18,484 nt of DNA from Paecilomyces variotii (Eukaryota): assembly GCA_004022145.1 (NCBI GenBank), contig RCNU01000046.1. The stretch is one strand, 5' to 3'. Below are positions 11,221 to 18,484 of this stretch, in pieces; positions within the stretch are counted from its first letter, which is position 1, and the number at the start of each line of letters is the position of its first letter. Position numbers and translations under genes: made by a program. Below the pieces are notes generated by a model. The model worked only from the letters and a program-made list of their open reading frames with translations. It was not told the DNA's origin and did no database searches.

Positions 11221-12866
11221 ATAGTAAGAATAGATTCTAACTGGCAATATTTAAACTAAATAGGTATTGTAGAAGTTTTTATTTTTAAATTAAATAAGTA
11301 ATTTTATTTTTAATATTTAAAGAAGCTCTAATTAAATTTAAAGCTTAATCTTAATACTTTTGCTTAAATATATATACTTCAGGAGATATTAAGAATTTGT
11401 CTATAAATATCTGGTCAGCATATGCAGAATGTAGGCTTAAGGTATATATAATATATGCGCAATTATAATAAGAATATCTCCTTAATTAATTAGATCTGTA
11501 AGTTCTTAAATAAAATCTTAACTCAACTTAGTTAGTAATAGAAGAAAATATATATAATCTTCTTAATAAATAAGAAGGATAAAAGGAAAATAATCCTAAT
11601 TATAAGGAATAAAAATATTAATTAAAGTATTATATTTTTTGTATAGGACTTTAGATATATCTTAAGAATAGTTAAATTCTAGACCTATAATTAGTATATG
11701 CCTAGTATATATAGAGTAAATACCTACTGCAAGTTATGCGCCTTAAAATAATATAGTTAATATAGGTATAAATAAATTGAATAGGAGTATTAGTACTATA
11801 TATCCTATAAGCTACTAAAATATATAAATAAGGTATATAAATTTAAGCTATATATATAGAGATAGCTTATGCAGTATGCTATAGTTTAAAATTACTTGCT
11901 AATAGGCAACTAATAAAGATAACTAATGGCTAAAGATATATTTAGTATATGTTAAGATTAAATATAGAGTTAAACTTACTTTATGCCGTTTAAAGATTAC
12001 CGGAGTTTAATTTAAGTATATCTATATTTTACTTTCTAGATAAAAATAATGCCTTGCTAATTATTAATTCTAAAAATAAAAAAATCTATTATATTAATTT
12101 TTAGTTTCTTTTTTAAGAAATTTACTAGCAGAAGTAGTATTAGATATATAGCCTACTTCTTTATAAAGTGTTTTAAAGATATTTAGTTTAATATAGCTAT
12201 ATTTATAGTATTATCTAAGTATATACTTTAATATATACTCGCAATATTTAATACCGCTGCATTTATATGCCTAATAATATGTCTTACTTTAAATTTTATC
12301 CTTTTTATCTTTTTGAAGAAGTAGGAGAGATAGGGTTTTATAATTGCCTTAAATATAGAGCCTAAACTAGATCTAAGCTATATTTAGCATATGCTTATAA
12401 TATATTAAATATTTGCTTAAAATAAGGTATAGATATATCTTTAATAAAAGTTATTAAAATATTTAATAGATATTTATATTAGAATAATTATAAGGTAAAG
12501 AATTCTTTTAGTAGATAAAATATAAAATACTATTAAAATAAGTTATTAGATATTTAAGAATAAATAACTTATCTTAAATATTATTAACTATAATCTCAGA
12601 GATATTATTATGGCTAATAATAATACCTATAAGAGAAATAGCCTTCTAGATATATTTAATATATACCCTGCTAGAACTTATATAAAAAGAATATATTTAA
12701 TTAAGTCCTATATAAAGAGGAAATTTAAGATATATTTTAAATTTTTTATTTTTGTTTTTTATATAGGAATAGATACTGCTTTAATTGCTTATTATATCCT
12801 TAAATTAGTTTAAGTATATTTTATAAAGGTTATAGTTCTATATAAGTTCGCTCTGTAATAAATTAA
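11221..12866 (+). pseudogene. RIP-destroyed putative cargo gene (~500 codons) with a Cys-rich C-terminal motif, divergent from the minus-strand frames
   Basis: One frame (codons at 11406, 12147, 12846) reads protein-like, e.g. FYLFEEVGEIGFYNCLKYRA. Cys codons survive at 12753, 12777 and 12786. Stops are RIP-type. No family recognised; start approximate. Confidence 0.4.
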
Positions 12867-13238
12867 TATTTAATCTAAATATAATAGATGCTAAGTATAT
12901 GTTTAATATCTGCTAGGCCTCTATAGGAATTATATTAATATATCTAGATAGGAATATTATATAGCTATTAACTGAGAATACTATTAACTTAGCTATTAAT
13001 TATAGTTATTTAGTTTTTGGCTATTTTTAAGTATTTAGAGAAAAAGTAATAATATTTAGCTTTATATTAGCTATTATATATATATATATATTGCAAATTT
13101 TAAAGAGTTTTATTATATAAATATTATTATTAATCCTTAGATAGGCTAATCTTATATTAATTACGCAATCGGCTTATACCGAGCTTATACTTAATTTGTG
13201 CGTAAGGTGGGTTAAGCTTAACCTAGCTAAGGATAAGC

Positions 13239-13302
13239 TCTAGGGTAGGCTGAGCTCCTAGGGTGGGCTAAGCTCAGCCCCAGCTGGGCCGAGGTATATG
13301 CC
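13239..13302 (-). repeat. Right terminal inverted repeat
   Basis: Reverse complement of 6610-6676; ends ...gggccgaggtatatgcc immediately before the TSD. Confidence 0.92.
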
Positions 13303-13640
13303 TAAAAAAAGGTTAATTTAAAAAATCTAGCTATTATTAAAGCTAAGTTAAATTTAAGACTAAGTAAATTAAGCTAAGCTTTAAGAAATTAAACTTAGAT
13401 TATTATTATTGTTAATATAAATTAAGTATAAAATATATATTAAATAAAAATTAAGAAAGAGATTAATTTAAAGGTTTTAATTATTATTAGAGCTAGATTA
13501 AATTTAAAACTAAGCTAAGCTCTAAAGAATTATACTTAGATTACTATTTTTAATATAGATTAAATATAGAATATATATTAAATAAAGATTAAGAAAGAGA
13601 TTAACTTAAAGGCTTTAATTATATTTAAGGCTAAGCTTAA
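13303..13640 (+). repeat. 147-bp tandem repeat array, outer copy, right part (~150- and 132-bp units plus a partial unit)
   Basis: Anchor at 13331 and 13481, with a degenerate partial unit near 13615. Confidence 0.88.
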
Positions 13641-14408
13641 TTTAATACTATTTTAATAGTTAAAAGAGCTTAAACTCTTTTATTAAATTTAAATAACTTT
13701 ACTAGTTTTAATATAAAATATATATTAAGTTTATATTAAGCTTATATTATCTAGAAGTTAAGTATAAATATTAAAGTAAAAATAATATAAGTTTAAATAA
13801 AAAAGAGAAAGATTATTATAGTAATTTATAAAATAAATAAATATATATATATAGCTATAATTATATAATTATAATATATATTTCTTTCTTTTTATAATAA
13901 GAATAAATAAAGAATAAAAAATATTATATTAAAATTATTTAAAGATATAAGAAAATATTCTTTAAATATAAAAACTTAGTATTAAATAAATATTTAAGAT
14001 TAAATAAAATTTAACTTAAGTATATACTTAAGAATTAATAAGTCTTAAATATTTATATATTTAAGACTTTTAAAAACTTATCCTTTAAAAAGAAAATAAT
14101 AATTTATAAATATAGACTTAATATATACTCTATATATAGAAAAAAATAATTAATTAACTAAGCGCTATAATTATTAATATTATAAATATAGTTATTATTA
14201 TAAGAATAGCTATAAAAATAGCTATATTTTATCTTTATTAATATATTTTATATAAGAACTTAATTTTCTTTATTTAAAAAAGGTAAATATAAGAGTTAGA
14301 TTAAAACCTTATTTAATATATATTTAATATTAATTAGAAAATTACTTATTATTATTTTTATTATTATTATTAGCTAAAGATAATAAATTATTAATTTATA
14401 TAAGGTTA

Positions 14409-14433
14409 ATATATATATATATATATATATATA
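14409..14433. repeat. (AT)12 microsatellite
   Basis: Directly visible. The homologous site in the inner copy (~8231-8240) has only ~5 TA units. Confidence 0.9.
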
Positions 14434-15271
14434 ATATAAGTAAAATAAAAGTTATACTTATAATATATTTATAAGATAAGGTAAATAAAATAATAAATTA
14501 TTAAAAGTAAAAGCTAAAATTAGTTTAAGATTAATATTAAGTATATATTAAATATATTTAAAATTCTGCTAAAAGTTATAAGTTATATATAAATAATAAT
14601 ATAAATAGTAATATAAATAATAAAATAAATAATATATAGATTTTATTTATATATTAATATATACTTAACTTATTCTATAATAAAACTAACTATTATAGTT
14701 ATTTTTAAAGTTAGTATTAATATAAATAACTTCTTTATATAAAATAATAATACTTTTAATTAATAAGCTTCTTATATTAAAAAAAATATTAGCTTAATAT
14801 AAGCTCTATATATACTTAAAATTTATTAAGGTTTATAAATAAAATTAGTATTATACTAGTAATTAAGCAGACTATATTTAATAAATATATTATATATTAT
14901 TAATATAGCTTTAATATATATAGAATAAGTTCTTAATTTATTTTAAGTTAAGTATTTTTTTATTTATAATAATATTACTTATTTTTATTTTATAATTAAA
15001 GGTTATTATAAATTAATATATATTAAAAATAAAATATATTAGCTTTAAAATATATAGTATATATATATTAATATAACTTTAATTATTAATATATTATATA
15101 TATATAAAACTTATATTAAACTTATAATAAGCTAAGAGTTAATTACTTTCTTATATATTATAAGATTATTTAATTAGACTTATATTTAATAGCTATTAAA
15201 GCTTAATATATACTTAGTTTATTTTAAAGATAAGACTTATATATTATTATTAATACTTAAAATAAATAATC

Positions 15272-15551
15272 TATTATAAAATAGCAGTTAGAACTTTATA
15301 TAACTATTATATTCTTACTATAATTAAATTAAAAGTTATATAATTATTATAATCTTATTATAGTTAAATTAAAGATTTAAAAAGATTTATTTTTAAGCTT
15401 TTCTTTTTATTATTTTATTATCTTAAAGAATATATATTAAAGATATAGTTTTATATCTATACTATAAGCTAATATTCTTTTTCTCTAAGTATTATATTTA
15501 CTTAAGCTAGTATAATAGTTTAAGAAATTTATTTAAACCTATTTTTTTTTA
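15272..15551 (+). repeat. Putative 5' LTR (~280 bp)
   Basis: Similar to 16699-16969 at the start and over the 3' half; directly followed by a PBS-like motif. Confidence 0.7.
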
Positions 15552-16698
15552 ATTAATTATAAGTTTAAGTTAATAAGAATTTAAGAAAGTAATATAAAAT
15601 TCTTTATTAAGATTATAGGATTTAAAATAATACCTATTAAATATTTTTATAAGAGAAATATTATAATAAGATTACTTTAATACTTACTCTATAAATATTA
15701 AATTTAATAAATATTAGAATTTATTAATAATTAGAGAATTAATTAAATTACTCTATATATAATTAGAAGATTAATTAAAATTACCTTATATATAGATAGA
15801 AATATCCTCTATTAATAATTCTAATAACTAAAAAGAGAGATTAATTCTTACTCTTTTTAGAGAAAATTATAAAAAATAATTTATTTATATAAAGAAAGAG
15901 CTTATTAGTAAGAATTATTAAGATATTATTAAATACTAATAATAAAATAATAACTTATTATAGGAGAAAAATAATATAATAATATAATATTAGATTATAA
16001 AATACTTATTTAAGGATAATTAAAATAAATATATTAAAGATATAATTATTAGAGTATTATAAGATTATCTTAAAGAATAATATAAAAAGACTTAGCCTAT
16101 TTAATAATACTAATTTATTTAATTACTTATTAATTTTAAAATAATATTTAGATAAATTATTACTAATATATAAAGGTAACTATAATAAATAAAAAAAATA
16201 ATAGCTTATAATAGTATTATATCTTCTTTAGCTAAACTTAAAGCTAAAATCTAATACTTACTCTTTAATTTATTTAATAAATATACTATTACTAGAATAG
16301 TAATTAATACTTAAAATATTTAAGAATAAAGAATATTTTAGCTATTTTTAAAGAAGTAAAAACTAAATTTTAAACTTCTTTATTAAGTGTATTTTATATA
16401 AAGAAATAAGAACTTATTAAATGCTATATATATAAGAAAAACTATTTTATTAAAAACTGCCTATAATTACTTATAGCTTAATAAGCTACTTAAAATATTT
16501 AAAGATAGAGAAAGAAATCTTTAAAAGGCTTATCTTTACTTATAAATTAAAAACTAATAGAAATAATAATTAAACTATTTTAAAAAATATAATTTTTAAA
16601 GAAAGAAAGATTTTTTAAAAAAAAGTAAAAGGCTTATAAAATAGAGAAAACCTCTAATATTAAGTTATTATATTTAAAGGCTAATTTAATTATACTAG
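15272..16698 (+). mobile_element. Ty1/copia relic: 5' LTR, PBS and gag, interrupted before the protease by a related element
   Basis: Begins tattataaaatagcagttagaact (RIPed TG... LTR start, identical 24-mer at 16699). PBS-like aattataagttta at 15555-15567. Gag N-terminal ENYKKWF...L..K.YW near 15860-15925. Zinc knuckle tgc...tgc at 16422-16460 (CX2CX3HX4C after de-RIP). Confidence 0.8.
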
Positions 16699-16969
16699 TA
16701 TTATAAAATAGCAGTTAGAACTAGTAAGTTTTAATATAACAGAAATTTTATTTTAAGAAAATCTTTAAGAATAATTTTACTTTAGTAAAATTAGGCAGCT
16801 TAAAAAAATTATTTCTTAAGCTCTATTTAAAATCTATTACCTTAACTAAGAATATATATATATATTTTATATCTACTATATAAGCTAATATTACTTCTTT
16901 TTAAATATTATTAGCTCTTTTAAGCTAATATAATAATCTAGGGAATTTTATTTAAACTTATTCTTTTTA
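16699..16969 (+). repeat. Putative 5' LTR (~270 bp)
   Basis: TA start (from TG), homology to 15272-15551, and ends just before the PBS. Confidence 0.7.
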
Positions 16970-16972
16970 ATT

Positions 16973-16985
16973 AATTATAAGCCTA
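16973..16985 (+). promoter_or_regulatory. Primer-binding site, copia-type (GGTTATGAGCCCA after reversing transitions)
   Basis: aattataagccta lies immediately 3' of the LTR. It differs only by transitions from the GGTTATGRGCCC motif of copia elements primed by an internal fragment of initiator tRNA-Met. Confidence 0.7.
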
Positions 16986-18484
16986 GGTTTATAATAATTT
17001 AGGAAAAATAGCTATATAATAAAAACTTTTTTATCTTAAATATTTAAGTTTAAACTAGTAGTAATAAGCTATTCTTATATAAAAAGACTTATAATAAAAC
17101 TATTTTAATGCTATATTAAATACTAAATCTAATAGAAGTTAGATTCTATTAAAAATTAGAATATTAGCTTACTATTATTATATCCTTAATAGATAATACT
17201 AAAAATAAGAGAAAAAAAACCTATTTTTATCTTTTTAAAGAAGAACTATAAGAAATAGTTTACTTATATCAAAAGATAACTTATTAATAAAGATTACTAG
17301 AAAGCTATTAAGTTTATTAAAAAGCTATATAATAATTAGTTTAATAAAGCTAATATAGCTATATAATATTAAATTACTAAATATCTATCTAAAGATAGTT
17401 AAAATAGATTTATTAATTCTATTAATATAAAAGCGCTATAGAGAGCTCTATATATAAAATATATAAAAATTCTCCCTAGCTAAAAATATTAGCTTATTTA
17501 ATAATTTATATACTTTTAGATAACTTCTAGATAAATAATTATAAATATTTAAAGTTAATTATAATAAATAAAAAAGAGAATTATAATATTTAATAGTATA
17601 ATATTTTCTTTAACTAAATTTAAAATTAAAATATAATAACTGCTTTTAATACTACTTAAAAAATATACTATAATTAAGATAATAATTAATATATATAAAA
17701 ATTTAAAAATAGATAATATTCTAGCTATCTTAAAAAAAATAAAGACTTAACTTTAAGTAAAACTAACTACTATATTTTTAGTAAAAAATAAGTAAACCCT
17801 TATTAAATACTATATTTATAAGGAAGATTATTATATTAAAATTATTTATTCTTACTTATTACTTAGAGAAGTATAAAAAATAATTAAAGATAAAGAAAGA
17901 AGTCTCTTAAATAAATATTTAATAATCTTATTATTTAAGATAAAATAATAATAGAGATAATTAATAAAATCTATAAAAAGGTTTAATTCTTAAAAAATAA
18001 GAGATTAAAAAATAAGAAGTATAGGGTATATAATATAGAAAAAACCTTAAATACTAAAAAAAATTAATCTTAATTAAAATTCTTAGTCTTAGTTATTTTT
18101 AATAACTAAATCTTATATAAAATTGCTTATTTTTTAAAAGATATTATTAGTAAAAATTTAACCTAATAATATATAAATAGTAATACTAGTTTATATATAA
18201 TTAATAAAAACTATTACTTTAAAGAATTATTAATTTAGATTTAATAAAAATATATTTATATAAGTAAAGAAATCTTATATTTAAAATATATAGAAATAGC
18301 TATTTTAAGAGATAAAAATAAGAAAGTATTAAATCTAGAAAATATATTACTTATACTAAATTTTAAGATAAATCTCTTATTAACTAAGATATTTTATTAA
18401 TAATTAAATACATATAAATACTTTAATAAAAGAATAATATTTATATTAAATAAGTTAGATAAGGTTATAATTAAGGTATTATTA

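Larger units (their letters stand above)
6610..13302. mobile_element. Full-length 6.7-kb TIR DNA transposon, Mutator/MULE-like termini, no recognisable transposase
   Basis: ~64-bp imperfect GC-rich TIRs beginning GGC, a 9-bp TSD, and clean interruption of a tandem repeat unit. A 9-bp TSD with G-starting long TIRs is typical of the Mutator superfamily. The superfamily call rests on the termini only. Confidence 0.82.
13303..15271 (+). mobile_element. Older copy of the TIR-element family, right segment; truncated by a copia LTR at 15272
   Basis: Resumes the 147-bp array, then is colinear with the reverse complement of ~9160 down to ~7385 (e.g. 14045-14140 vs 8535-8632; 14781-14942 vs 7730-7890). 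Confidence 0.88.
1..18484. other. RIP-degenerated, AT-rich nested transposon block (fungal heterochromatin-like)
   Basis: CA/TG dinucleotides are rare and TA is pervasive. Homologous copies (1-609 vs 17877-18484; 4914-6609 vs ~9160-11075 inverted) differ mainly by C>T/G>A. Conserved TE motifs are recoverable only by reversing such transitions (e.g. TGG>TAA, CAT>TAT). Confidence 0.93.
16699..18484 (+). mobile_element. Ty1/copia relic: 5' LTR, PBS, gag and protease, running off the window; same family as 1-1335
   Basis: LTR start at 16699, PBS 16973-16985, gag ENYKKWFT near 17243, zinc knuckle ~17808-17845, protease 18167 'taa tat ata aat agt aat act agt' (WYIDSG). 17877-18484 is a close direct repeat of 1-609. 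Confidence 0.9.

Noticed and set aside
12610-12813. Supplied 67-aa ORF
   Set aside because: I/K/Y/F-rich chance ORF, in a different frame from the long inferred relic that carries the Cys cluster.
1-18484. Organellar or AT-rich endosymbiont DNA, or an alternative genetic code
   Set aside because: No rRNA, tRNA or housekeeping genes. Stops fall at positions of conserved W/Q/R codons and differ between copies, as expected from RIP.

Overview
Extremely AT-rich eukaryotic DNA with the signature of repeat-induced point mutation (RIP) in filamentous ascomycetes: CpA/TpG depleted, TpA enriched, and repeat copies differing mostly by C>T/G>A. I see no intact gene, and both supplied ORFs look spurious. 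The window is a pile of nested dead transposons. Left to right: (1) a Ty1/copia PR-IN relic (1-~1335, +); (2) a Ty3/Gypsy RT-RNaseH-IN(-chromodomain) relic (~1345-4125, -); (3) a GC-richer ~610-bp island ending in a hairpin plus CTAG, a candidate non-autonomous Helitron (4161-4771); (4) an older copy of a TIR-element family (4914-6609 and 13303-15271), split by a full-length 6.7-kb copy of the same family in opposite orientation (6610-13302, ~64-bp TIRs, 9-bp TSD, Mutator-like); (5) two related copia elements, apparently nested, each with 5' LTR, PBS and gag (15272-16698 and 16699-18484). The most unusual object is the 6.7-kb element. I cannot recognise a transposase in it. It appears to carry divergent, RIP-destroyed reading frames of unknown function, one with an in-frame 147-bp (49-aa) tandem repeat. 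All protein motifs were read by eye after mentally reversing RIP changes, and boundaries marked ~ are approximate.
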